The notes below the pieces were generated by a model. It searched no databases. It saw nothing but the letters and a program-made list of their open reading frames with translations, and was not told the DNA's origin. This document shows, one piece after another, positions 22,506 through 34,429 of a DNA stretch of 64,000 nucleotides. Made by a program: the position numbers and the translations under genes. Within the stretch, counting starts at the first letter, position 1; the number at the start of each line of letters is the position of its first letter. Location of the stretch: positions 310,001 to 374,000 of the forward strand of contig MU008173.1 of NCBI GenBank assembly GCA_010909165.1, given 5' to 3'. The stretch is from Anthoceros angustus (taxonomy: Eukaryota; Plantae; Anthocerotophyta).

Positions 22506-25500
22506 CTAATGAGCCGGAAGAGAAATCCTTCTTTTCCCATCTTGGAAATATGTTGACTCCCCGGCCAAAAAGCTATGCACCAGTCCGTCCTTGTCGGTCC
22601 ACCAGCACTGACCTGGCCGCTTCCATGCCCTGGTGCTTTTTCTCCTCACTTGCATCTGCCGGGCCTGCTCCCACATCTGGGCACCTGTGTAAATGTTTGA
22701 CATCAATACATACGCTGAGGCGTCTTGCTTGTCTAGCTTAATTGCTTCATTAAAAGCATGCCGCCCAACCTCCACATTGGTCCACTTCCGACAAGCACCC
22801 AAAAGTGTATGCCAAACCGCAGCATTAGGCAGTAGATGCATAGTCCCTACTAAAGCTAGTGCCTCATCCAGCTGTCCTGCACGACCTAGGAGGTCCACCA
22901 TGCATGTGTAGTGGTCCTCCTTTGGTGTGACGCCATAGTGTCTGCTCATAGCCTCAAAGCACTCCCGTCCCTTGTTCACTAGACCCGCATGACTGCACAC
23001 TGTTAGTACACTGAGGAGCGTGATGCTGTCTGGCTGTATGCCATCCTCTCTCATTCTCTGAACCAAGTTGAAGACCACTTCACTATCTCCTTGACAAGTG
23101 TAGCCTGCAATCAGTGCACTCCAAGCGACGTCTCTTTGGGGTAACGTATCAAAAACATGCTGTGCATCAACCATGCTTCCCGACTTCCCATACATGTTGA
23201 TCAAGCTGACGGCTACAAACACATCAGCCTGGAGCCCTTGTTCTATGATCTGTGCATGTAACTGCCTTCCCAGATTCAAAGCTGCCACATTGGCACATGC
23301 CTGAAGGAGGCACACAAATGTCACAGTGTCGGGCACAGCCATGCCTTCTGCTTGCATTGTCCTGTAGAGACGAAGGGCCTCCTGGCCCATGCCCTGCTGG
23401 GAATATCCTGCTATCATTGCAGTCCATGTTACCAAATTTTTCTGACAAAGCCCGTCAAACACTTTCTGAGCATCTTCCAAGCTACCACACTTTGCATACA
23501 TGTTTATCAAACTGCTGGCTACATAAGCATCGGCTTGGTGCCCTCGTTCTCTGATCTGCTTATGGAGCTGCTTCCCCTTCTTCAATGCCAGGGTGCCCAC
23601 ACTGGCGCAAGCCTGCAGGAGGCACACAAATGTCACGGAATCGGGCACAGCGATGCCTCCTTCTTGCATAGCACTGTAGAGACGAAGGGCTTTCTGCCCC
23701 ATGCTCTGCTGGGAATAACCTGCTATCAATGCAGTCCACGCCACCACGTCTTTGTGAGCAAGTGCATCAAACACTCTCTGTGCGTCTTCCAGGCTGCCGC
23801 ACTTCGCATACATGTTCACCAAACTGTTGCCTACAAACACATCAGCTTGACGTCCTTGTTCTTTGATTTGCACATGAATATGCTTTCCCCTCTCTAATGC
23901 CGAGGCGCCCACAGTTGCACATGCCTGCAGGAGGCACACAAATGTCACTGAATTGGGTACAGCGACACCTTCGCCTTGCATATCAGTGTAGAGACGAAGG
24001 GCTTTCTGCCCCATGCTCTGCTGGGAATATCCTGCTATCAATGCAGTCCACGCCACCACGTCTTTGTGAGCAAGTGCATCAAACACTCTGTGCGTCTTCC
24101 AGGCTGCCGCACCGCATACATGTTCACCAAACTGTTGCCTACAAACACATCAGCTTGACGTCCTTGTTCTTTGATTTGCACATGAATATGCTTTCCCCTC
24201 TCTAATGCCGAGGCGCCCACAGTTGCACATGCCTGCAGGAGGCACACAAATGTCACTGAATTGGGTACAGCGACACCTTCGCCTTGCATATCAGTGTAGA
24301 GGCGAAGGGCTTGCTGACCCATGCCCTTCTGAGAATATCCTGCTATCATGGCAGTCCACGTCACCACATCCTTGTAACCAAGTCCGGCAAACACTCTCTG
24401 TGCATCTTCTAAGCTGCCGCACGCATACATGTTCACCAAACTGTTGCCTACAAACACATCAGCTTGACGTCCTTGTTCTTTGATTTGCACATGAATATGC
24501 TTTCCTCTCTAATGCCGAGGCGCCCACAGTTGCACATGCCTGCAGGAGGCACACAAATGTCACTGAATTGGGTACAGCGACACCTTCGCCTTGCATATCA
24601 GTGTAGAGGCGAAGGGCTTGCTGACCCATGCCCTTCTGAGAATATCCTGCTATCATGGCAGTCCACGTCACCACATCCTTGTAACCAAGTCCGGCAAACA
24701 CTCTCTGTGCATCTTCTAAGCTGCCGCACTTGGCATACATGTTCACCAGACTGTTGGCCACAAACACATCAGCTTCAAGGCCTCGTTCTCTGATTTGCGC
24801 ATGAAGATGCTTTCCCCTCTCCAACGCAGGGGTGCCGACACTGGCACATGCCTGCAGGAGGCACACAAATGTCGAGGTATTGGGTACAGCCACACCATTT
24901 TCTTGCATATCAGTGTAGAGACGAAGGGCTTCCTGCCCCTTACCCTGCTGGGAATACCCTGCTATCAAAGCAGTCCACGTCACCTCATTCTTCTGACCAA
25001 GTTCGTCAAACACTCTCTGAGCCTCCCGCAAGCAGCCACACTTTGCATACATGTCCACCAAGCAGTTCCAGACAAACAAATCCGGCTCAACGCCACTGTC
25101 CACCACATCAGCATGCACCTGCTGCCCAGCCTCCAAGTCTGCACCTTTCGCACAAGCCTGGAGGGCTGCCACAAACACATGGCAATCTGGCTTCACACTT
25201 GACCTCCGCATCCGCTGATACAGGTCTATAGCCAGCCTGTCTTGTCCCTGTTTCACGTGAGCAGAAATAATAGCGGACCACGTGAAGGCGTCCGGTTTGG
25301 CAACCCCTTCAAACACATCCATCGCATCTTGCAACTTGCCATGAGAAGCATACATTCGCAGAATGTGGTTGCACAGGAACGTGTCCGACTGGTACCCCTT
25401 CTCCACCATAAAACCATGGACGCGTCTTCCCAGAACAACATCCTTCTTGTCTACACACTTCTTCAGGACTCTGTAAAAAAGGGACCTGGAAATACAACGT

Positions 25501-25823
25501 CCTGTCTCCACGAGAACTTCCAAAGCCTGGACGGCCTCACCGAGACGGCCTTCACAACATAGCTTACTCACGGCTTCAGCCCTCACCCAGCTGTCGACCC
25601 CTTCACGCCTGCGAACGTCAAGGGCATCCGCATGCCCCCGGTCGGAGTCTACCCCTAAACCCACAGAACCCACCTGCGCATCCACAAACACTGGCTTGCA
25701 GAAGCTGTTCAACCAGAGGACCTCCTGGGACTGCATGTGCCGGAAACCAGGCCATCGGGGGGTTCCCGAAAACACTGTCGCCACCTGTCCTCCTGCCTGG
25801 AATATCCGTCGCCAGCCGCACAT
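22506..25823 (-). CDS. PLS-class pentatricopeptide repeat protein with E domains and PG box, no DYW; apparent frameshifts at ~24040-24490
   Basis: Repeated P-L-S triplets (DVVAWTALIAGYSQ / VTFVCLLQACA / DVFVGNSLVNMYAKCG); E1/E2 (VWHTLLGACRKW...YVLMSNIY); KRPGQCWW...VHSFLAGE. Confidence 0.88.
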
Positions 25824-26443
25824 CCTCTTGCCCAGCCTGCTTTCCTCGCAGAAAAGCTACTCCTCCCGACTTGCTTGTGCCCCCACAACGCTTGCTTCCT
25901 TGAAGCCAGCAAAGCGGAATCTCTCGCCATGGTTCTCAAGGTAGCAGAGCCTGGTAGGAACACGTACAAACATCAGCAGACGAGCAGGCGCAGTGTGCCC
26001 ATTACTTACCACGGCACAGCACAGGCACATACCAGATTCACGGAATCTGAGTCACATATCTATCTACTATCCCCACGTATTATTCAGGAGCCAACTGCAA
26101 AGATATGCAAGACCTTCCCCTCCGGAATACAAATCCATCCCCCCGACAGGAACTGTTGGGTAAGCATAGAATTGTGGAGCCCTGTGAGATCTGGAAGACG
26201 CCGAGAAAATCTTAGCCAGGGCATGGAGAGGACGAGGGCAGCATATGCTCCAGCACTTCACACAAAGCTGTAACAATGAACAAGAGCGGCGATACATTCG
26301 ATGCTGTTTGTAAACTTCAAGAAGCGAGTGACAAATATGTAACATGGATATGCGCAAGAATCACGTCACATACTAGCTTGATGCCTTCAAATACCAGCAG
26401 CACTTCCGCTATATGCACTCACATCCTCCAACTCCCAGCAGCC

Positions 26444-26686
26444 ATGGCACGGTACAATAGCACTGTAGCCCTCACGATTGCTCTCATGGTGGTGATGTCC
26501 CTCATGGCGTCAGGAGAAGCACGGGAGCTCGTGCAGAATTCGGCCGCAAATATGCGTCAGCTGGGAGTCGATGGGACCTCCGAGGTGCACGTCAACGACT
26601 ACTGCACCGATCCTATCTGCAGCTGCCTCGGATGCTCTAACTGTTTCTGTCCTCCGGGGGAAACAACAGGAGTCCTGGTGAACTAG
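26444..26686 (+). CDS. Small secreted Cys-rich peptide precursor, 80 aa
   Basis: MARYNSTVALTIALMVVMSLMASGEA signal, short pro-region, then CTDPICSCLGCSNCFC; GCCATGG start context; pseudogene paralogue at 15712. Confidence 0.75.
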   Translation: MARYNSTVALTIALMVVMSLMASGEARELVQNSAANMRQLGVDGTSEVHVNDYCTDPICSCLGCSNCFCPPGETTGVLVN

Positions 26687-27146
26687 CTTCTTCATTCCTC
26701 AGTTCCATGAAGAGTATGGATATGTATATCTCTGCCTGACCTCACGAGTTGTCTCATCTCGAGTCTCAACTCCCCGACATCTTTGTATACCAATAAGACA
26801 GGCCGCATGATTTTTAGTACAGATGAGACGAGTGCAGAATACCTGGCGATGGCGGCCATAAACGCCTACATGTAATCTTCATTCTTCACTATAACCTGTA
26901 TGTAATTTTGATCATAGTCGGAGTCTGTAGCTCCAAATTCATGTGCTACCAGGCACATTCTCCTCTCCTCCTGCGTGACCGTTTTGTTGGTGCAAAGGTA
27001 CAAGCACGCTTTGTAGACGGGTAAGCGCGGGACTTCTTTCAGTTCAATTTCATACATAAAACGATGAAAATTTGTGCGCCAAAACCTGAGGAGGAATCAC
27101 ATGGTGTGTTTTAGATAAGGCGGGCATTGGATTCAGAGCTTTAGCC

Positions 27147-28921
27147 ATGGCGGCAACAGCAGCAGTCGTGTGGCTCCCGAAGGTGGGTTGGCCGGGTAGC
27201 GGGCGAGCGGAATGTTCTGGACCAGCCCCGCGTGGTGTGAAGCTGGGGTCTTCATGCCCACGGCCTGATTTGCGGTTGGGATTCTGTTCAAGGGCTTTCT
27301 CTGGAGCAGCTGGGAGACAGCGATGGCGGGGGACCAGACGGGGAGGTGTGGGCGTGGTGGCTGCGTTGCTGGACGGGCTGCTCTTCGACTGTGATGGAGT
27401 GTTGGTGGACACGGAGCGGGACGGGCATCGCATTTCGTTCAATGAAACCTTCGCAGAGGCAGGCGTCCGAATGTTTCTGGGCTGCTTGGGCTGGTTTTTG
27501 CTTTTGTTGCCTGTATCTGATTTTTTCGGACTTGCGATACAGAAAGGGCTGGGTGTGGATTGGGATGTGGAGCTGTATGGGGAGTTGCTTAAGATTGGCG
27601 GTGGTAAGGAGCGGTACTTAAGCATTTGCCATGAGTCTTTGTTTCATTTGAGCTCCTTCAACCTTCCTGCCTGCAGTAGATGACGCTCCTGTGTGGAGTT
27701 ATGGTTTTTGGAGGGTGTTGGGCTGAGTTCACGATAACGGTTCTGGGTGTTGGAGTGCAGAATGACTCACTACTTCGACAAGGTAGGATGGCCTGCCGCT
27801 GCTCCTACAGACCCGGCTGAGAGGAAGGAGTTCGTTGCTGGGCTCCATAAGAGGAAGACTGTCCTCTTCATGGACCTCGTAGAGAAGGGTTCCCTTCCCC
27901 TGCGACCCGGCGTTGCAAGGTGTGTTCTGCAGATTCTGTTCTTTCGGACTGGCTCAGTATGTCAGATAACTTTGTCTCACAGTTTGTTTTGTAAGTGTGA
28001 AATTGGCTCATGCCATTGAGGTGTGATGCAGTCTGGGACTGGGTTTTGACCTTCAGTTTCGTCCCATTGCTGAATGGTCAGGCTTATTGATGAGGCGCTT
28101 GGTAATGGCATCAAGGTTGCTGTGTGCAGCACATCCAACGAGAAAGCTGTATGAACTTCACTCATAAGATACGCATCCTCACCCACCAAGCTCTTCTGCA
28201 GGCTAACGGCTAGAGTGCATGGTCACAGGTTTCAGCTATAGTGCGAGTTTTGCTGGGTCAAGAGGTAGCTTCGTCCATCACTATCTTTGCTGGAGATATA
28301 GTTAGCCGCAAAAAGCCGGACCCGGTAAGCCTCTCTGCAAAGCTGAGTGTAGTGTTTGACGGGTCGTTTTCCGTGTTAGAAGTACCTCATCTGCTGTTGG
28401 GTTGGAAACCCCGCCCCCGTTGCAATTTCTGAGCTGTCTCTGGTTGTTTGAACACGAGACAGGCAATCTACTTACTGGCAGCAAGTACTCTTGGACTGGC
28501 ACCGGACAGGTCTTTTTATTAGACAAGCCCCTTTTGAGCAGTCAGTACACAGTGGATGCGGCTCACAATATTTTGCTGGGTGACAAACAGGTGCGTGGTG
28601 GTTGAGGATAGTGGCATTGGCCTTGCAGCGGCAAAAGCTGCAAAGATGAAGTGCATCGTGACAAAAAGCGGGTATAGGCCTAGCCTGGTCCGAGGTTCTT
28701 GCACATGGGTTTGACAGTGAGAGTCAGCGGCAGTTCAATTTGTGCTCCTATGTGTTAGGTTCTTCACCCCTTTGTAACATGCACATCATCGCAGGTACAC
28801 GGCGGACGAAGATTTCGCTGCAGCAGATGCAGTTTTTGAGAGTATCGGGGATGATTCAAACCCGAATTTCGACCTGAAGTTCTGTGAGAGCCTCGTCCAG
28901 TTGACACCTGCTTCTGTGTGA
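27147..28921 (+). CDS. CBBY: CbbY-like HAD phosphatase with plastid transit peptide, multi-exon
   Basis: LLFDCDGVLVDTERDGHRISFN, KIGGGKE-RMT, LPLRPGV, VAVCSTSNEKA, IFAGDIVSRKKPDP, CVVVEDS, SGYTADEDF across short introns. Confidence 0.92.
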
Positions 28922-29156
28922 GCCCCAGTATGTTCACATGCTGTCCAACATGATCAGGCCAAAGCCATGCTTCGATAGCCCCAAAATGCACTATTGCAAC
29001 GGGAAGTTGTCCATTTGCCCTTTGTTCACGGGGATGTAGTTTTTTTCTGAACAACAAAGATCTGTCATGCCGCGGGTTTCCAAGATCTACTAGGTGGAGT
29101 CATGGTCTTGTGATGTGCATGCTGAGAACAAGAATTTCTCGGTGTAGCTGCAACAC

Positions 29157-29170
29157 GGCCCAAAACCCTA
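29157..29170 (+). promoter_or_regulatory. Site II-like element plus telo-box upstream of SPCS1
   Basis: GGCCCA followed by AAACCCTA ~300 bp upstream of the ATG. Confidence 0.3.
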
Positions 29171-29468
29171 AACGAGGTCCGAGGGTTCGAGGAGGAAGGT
29201 GGCCTAACTAGAAGGCGCCTGAGGGAAATAGACAGGACATTTCACGACAGGCTTCCTTGTTTCGCGTTTCCACACCTGCATAGTAGACTCTCATTGGCTC
29301 TCAGCCCTCCCGTGATGCGAGGAACTTAGCGGAGTAGTGCAGTGCGTGAAGAAGTTGAGGTGATTTCAGCACTCCAATCTGTTCTGCTTGTGACGGCGAG
29401 CGAGGCGGAGTGAATTCTGATAACGCGCGTCTTGTTGCGGGAGCGGGTCTTGCTGCGGGTGGCTCACG

Positions 29469-29765
29469 ATGGATTGGCAAGGGCAGAAGCTGTCGGAGCA
29501 GTTGATGCAGTACTCTCTGCTGATCACGGCATTGGTTGCCCTGGTGGCAGGGTACAGCGGGTCATCGTACAGGCTCATGCTCTTGATCTATGTTGTAGGC
29601 ACATGCGTCACGTTCCTCCTGGTGGTGCCTGACTGGCCTTTCTACAACCGTCATCCTCTGGAATGGCTGGAGCCCAAGCAGGCGGACACTCCAAGCAGCA
29701 GAGCTCCGAAATCGAAGCCACAGCCCGCGGCTACCAAGAAAGGAGCCAAGGGATCTAAAAGATAG
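29469..29765 (+). CDS. SPCS1: Signal peptidase complex subunit 1 (SPC12)
   Basis: MDWQGQKLSE, two TM helices, VVPDWPFYNRHPLEWL, basic tail. Confidence 0.92.
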   Translation: MDWQGQKLSEQLMQYSLLITALVALVAGYSGSSYRLMLLIYVVGTCVTFLLVVPDWPFYNRHPLEWLEPKQADTPSSRAPKSKPQPAATKKGAKGSKR

Positions 29766-31369
29766 GCCGGTCCTGGTGGCAGGCAACAGTAGGTTTTGTG
29801 CATCAAGGCATGTCCTGCCGCTTTTTGAACAGTCTGCTGCAGCAACGTATTAGCTACTCCACCTCATCACAAAAGCGTTTGTCCAAGTTCTTAGCTTGTT
29901 GAATTTCAAATCTTTCTTACGAGCAACAATTGTTGCAACAAGTATTCCTCTTTGCATAGTCGCCATAAACTCCTCCTAACCTCCTCCTCCTCTAATGCTG
30001 TCCCTGACTATGCAGCGTGACGAAGCGTCTCTGGCAATTTCTGAAGCCTAACGAATTGTTTCAAATCCCTTTGAAAGCTTTCAAGTGATGATGCAGAGAG
30101 CATGAATGATACTTGTCAAGACCTACGTGCAGCCAGTCAACAAACTGTGACGTGACCATCACAGGTACTTCCTCCTCACATCCGAAGTACTTCCACCTCT
30201 CACACGAGGGACTACCCGGGCATGTAAGATGATGGCCACATGCTCCTGAACCGGGAGTGGACACATGCTGGATCTTCAGAACCCCAGGTGTCAGTAGGAC
30301 ATTTAACTGTCCACAGGCTGTCAGAAAGGCCAGCAAGTTCTTTGTCTCCTTCTCAACACCCCCGTGAAGAATCGAACGGCACCAAGACTCAAAAGCGCAA
30401 CCTTCAGAAGGCTCATGTGACAGTAATTCTTCCAGGTCAGAAACCATGAAATTCCAGGATGCAGTTAAGTTTGCGTTCGAGTCTAAACGTCGAATTCGAA
30501 GTAACCCAGCTAGCAAAATGAAGTCTGTGAGTGCAATGTTTCGCAGCTTCAAGATCATGAAGGGGTTGTAGTCGAGAAGGATATAAGGGTCATTGTAAAT
30601 ATAGAACGTCTTGAACCATGTAACATGACATAAATGAGTTCCATGAGTATTTTGTTAGGAGCACCGAAAGCGCTTTTTCTACTTTATTTGTATCAAGGGG
30701 TTGCTTGCCTGGCCTGTTGTAACACTGAGCAGATGTGCAACGTGAGTACAGGAGCGAGGCTGCGCGGGATACCACGCCACCTAGCATGCAGAAGGGTTGG
30801 TGCTGCAGTCGGCAGGGGGCGCGCGGTTGAAAATTTTTGGATATTCGAGGCCATGGATGCCATGGCAACGGTCAAGAGGGGGCGTTTGGCTGTGTCCCGT
30901 GAACCAGCCGCACGGTGCCACCTCACGGTGCATTGGGCGGCGCCACCCAACCAGGCGGCAACATGTCAAATTGCGGCTCCAGGCCTGGCCTGAGCCCATG
31001 AACGACGGTAGACGCGCCGCGTGGTAAGGGCGGCTTCCACTGCCAGTTGGCACCACCTCGACTGTAAGAACCTAACCGCGGCTGCCGTATAAACAGGAGC
31101 TCTGTACCACCAAAGAGTCCCTAGCAAGCTGCTGCCAACTGCACTTTCCCCCCCCCCTTCCGTCGCGACTCCCCTTTGTGGGCTGCGCTTTTTTCTTCTC
31201 TGATCTAGCCTGTGGCTTTTCTTTCCTGGTGGAGGCTTCTGCATCGGCTGTCGTTTTCGAGCTTCGGGGTGACGGGGCTATGATTTCTGCATGTGCTGGA
31301 TTGCTCTAAATGCTGCCAGGTTGAGTGGCTGCTCCAGAGTTTGCTGCCACAGCAATTTCGAGCAGTACA

Positions 31370-34098
31370 ATGAGGGCCAGGGGGGCCCGTGCTGTGGCTA
31401 TTTCGGCCACTGTAGGAAATCTGCTGCAAGGATGGGACGCGGGTGCTGTGGCTGGTGAGTTCTTGTCTCGGTTTCTTCAGTGTGACTGCATTCTGGGTGG
31501 TGTTAGGATTCGTAGTGGTGACTGGTGGTTGCTGGTGTTTAATTTCTGCAGGAGCTATGTTGTATATAAAACCGGACTTGCATCTGGAAGCTGATCCTAC
31601 TCTGGAGGGATTTGTGGTGGCTTCCACCCTGGTTGGAGCTGTTGCGAGTACCACGTTGGCTGGGCCAGCAGCTGACCGGCTTGGCCGTCGGACCATGCTG
31701 TCTGTGTCGGCATTCCTATTTTCTGTCAGTGCTTGTGTCATGGCGTGGTCTCCTGAAGTGTACGTTCTCATCCTGGGGAGAGTGCTTGCGGGCTGTGGTA
31801 TGGGTCTGGCGGCCACCATCTCCCCTATCCTGATAGCAGAGTCTGCTCCCACTGAGATCCGTGGGCAGCTGGCCACATTCCCGCAGTTCATGGGCACAGG
31901 TGGTCAGTTTTTGGCGCTTATTATAGGCTTCCTGGTTTCGTTGACGGCCACCCCTGATTGGAGATTCATGCTGGGAATCCTGCTTGCTCCTTCTCTTCTG
32001 TATCTTTTCCTATGTATCTTTGTTTTGCCCGAGTCTCCCAGATGGCTCGTCATGAAAGGTCGGATGCTGGCTGCCCGACAAGTACTGCAGGATCTTCGTG
32101 GGAGAGAAGATGTCAATGGTAGGTTCTGCGTGCACACTGCTTGTCAGTTCGGTGAATGACGAATAATGAACCTCAGCTGGGATGGATGCGGTGACGGCTC
32201 TTTTCCTGCAGGTTGTATTTTACATGCTCACTTCAAACTTGTCTTTATGTCTTTTGTGTCTGGTGGGCAGGGGAACTTGCTTTGTTGGTGGAAGGACTTG
32301 GTGTTGGTGTTGACGCTAAACTGGAGGAGTGGCGTCTGGAGCCAGCTGATCAAAACCAAGCTGTCACAGATTCAACCATGGACGAGGGTAAAGTGGTGCT
32401 ATTTGGCCCCGAGGACGGTATTACTTGGATTGCTACACCAATGGCTGAAGAAGCTGATTCCACAATGCTTGCGAGGTCCCAGAGCGTGGATATAATGCTC
32501 ATGGATCCCTTGGCGCTCGTAGATCCTATGGTCACTTTAGTAGGAAGTTTCCAGGTGCCTTACCAATCAGTTGCTGAATCACATGACGAGCTGGGCAGAA
32601 CGGAGAATGATGATTGGGATCAAGAGCATACCCAGCCTTCGCCGCGGGTTGCCAATGGACATAACGGTGATGAGTTCGCTGCAGGGGATATGGATGATAG
32701 CCTTCAAACTCCTCTCTTGCTGTCGAGGCAATCCAGCGTGGACAAGAAACCCTTTCCATTGTCCAGAGGAAATTCCATCAACCTGTTCAGGCATGGATCA
32801 ACAGATGTGGGAGGTACTCTTTCCCGAAGTGTGCAAGGGAGTTCATCACTCGCTGACACTATCGCCGATGTGGGCATTGGAGGTGGTTGGCAGCTGGCTT
32901 GGCGGTACACAGGGCAGCAAAGTGGAGACCCCACCGAGGCCGGAAGCTTGCAAAGAGTGTACATTTTCAAGGATCAAGCGGATCCGTCCCAATTCGGCTC
33001 CACTCTTGCCTTGCCAGGTATGGGTCCTGTCTTCGACGGTGAGGCAGTCCAGGCTTCTGTCTTGGTGGCTCCATCGGCGCAGTCTGCAGTGGAAAACATC
33101 ATCACGGAAGATGTAGCAGGTCCAGCTATAATACACCCTTCTGAAACTGCCAGTCAAGGGCCTGCATGTAGAGATCTGACTGTGCCTGGAGTGCAGCGAG
33201 CACTGGTTGTCGGTACTGGCTTGCAAGTTCTGCAGCAGGTGAGATCACGGCATCTATGTCCTTCAATTCTTTCTTGTAGCCGGAACAGTACAATGTTGTG
33301 CGATCCTCTTACTAACAAGAATCTCCTTGTCTACAGCTCTGCGGTATCAACGCAGTCCTTTACTTCATTCCTCAGATAATCCAGCAGTCTGGTGCTGACG
33401 CACTATCAGCCAGCATGGGTGTTGGTCCAGAGACAACCTCCATCTTCGCCAGCGTCATCAGCTCTCTAGTAATGTTGCCGTGTATTTTTATCGCGATGCG
33501 ACTCATGGATCGGTCTGGCCGACGGTGAGGATCATTTGCTTTCTTTCTCTCTTAGCCTCTGGACCTTTGCAGATGTGCGTCCCGATTTGAACTGTCTGCG
33601 GTAACTGACACCGATGTTTTGTTGGACCACAGGCAGCTGCTTTTGGGAACTCTGCCAGTGCTTGCCTTGGCTTTGGTGGTGGTGGTTATAGCAAACATCT
33701 TCCTAGAACCTGGCCTACTCCAGGCCTTGGCTTCATTTGGAGGTCTTTCTCTCTTCCTTTGTGCGTTTGTGATGGGCTTTGGGCCAATTCCAAACATACT
33801 TTGCTCAGAAATCTTCCCCACACGGGTCAGAGGAATCTGCATTGGCATCTGCTCTGCCTCAATGTGGTTGACCAACATCCTGGTCACATATTCCTTTCCA
33901 CTTCTCAACTCAGCCATTGGTTTACCAGGAGTCTTCTCCATTTTCTTAATCATCAGTATCTTATCCTGGGTATTCGTCTTCATCAAAGTACCAGAGACGA
34001 AGGGTATGCCTCTGGAAGTTATCTCCGAATTTTTTGCACTCTCTGCAGTTGTCACCAGGAAAGCCCAAGATACAACAGATCTTGAAAGTAAAGTGTAA
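31370..34098 (+). CDS. TST: Tonoplast monosaccharide/sugar transporter (TST/TMT, MFS), multi-exon
   Basis: GNLLQGWDAGAVAG, DRLGRR, ESAPTEIRGQLATFPQF, LPESPRWL, long central loop (VGIGGGWQLAW), GFGPIPNILCSEIFPTRVRG, VPETKGMPLE. Confidence 0.93.
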
Positions 34099-34429
34099 AT
34101 TAAGTATCCTTAGTTGTAATCCATCCATATCCCAGCCATCATGGCATGGTATCTAGACACATTGCGTGGCGGTGTCCTCAGAAAGACTTATACTTGAGGG
34201 ACAATGGCTCACAACATCAAAGGGTTCCTTCTCCCCTAAGGGTTTGATCTATCCCGGTGCAAATGACTAGGTCTTAGAGTTTCAAGATTCAACCACCTCC
34301 CTGCGAGGAAAGATCTGTGAGAGATTGAAGGGAGATACTGCCGCTTCCAAAAGAGGTGTGTGAATGTCTAAAATTCTTAGCAACTTCTGGCGGCCTGTTA
34401 AATAAAGAAACTCTTATAAACAAAGTATT

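Noticed and set aside
22506-22600. DYW deaminase domain on the PPR
   Set aside because: The ORF stops shortly after the PG box; no HxE/CxxC or DYW-like terminus
22693-25562. Plus-strand ORFs opposite the PPR gene, and similar antisense ORFs over AIFM2, TST and STIG1
   Set aside because: Shadow frames of GC-rich or repetitive coding sequence
26600-26686. Cyclotide precursor (6 Cys, terminal Asn)
   Set aside because: Inter-Cys spacing 4-1-2-2-1 does not fit cyclotide loops and there is no tail after the Asn
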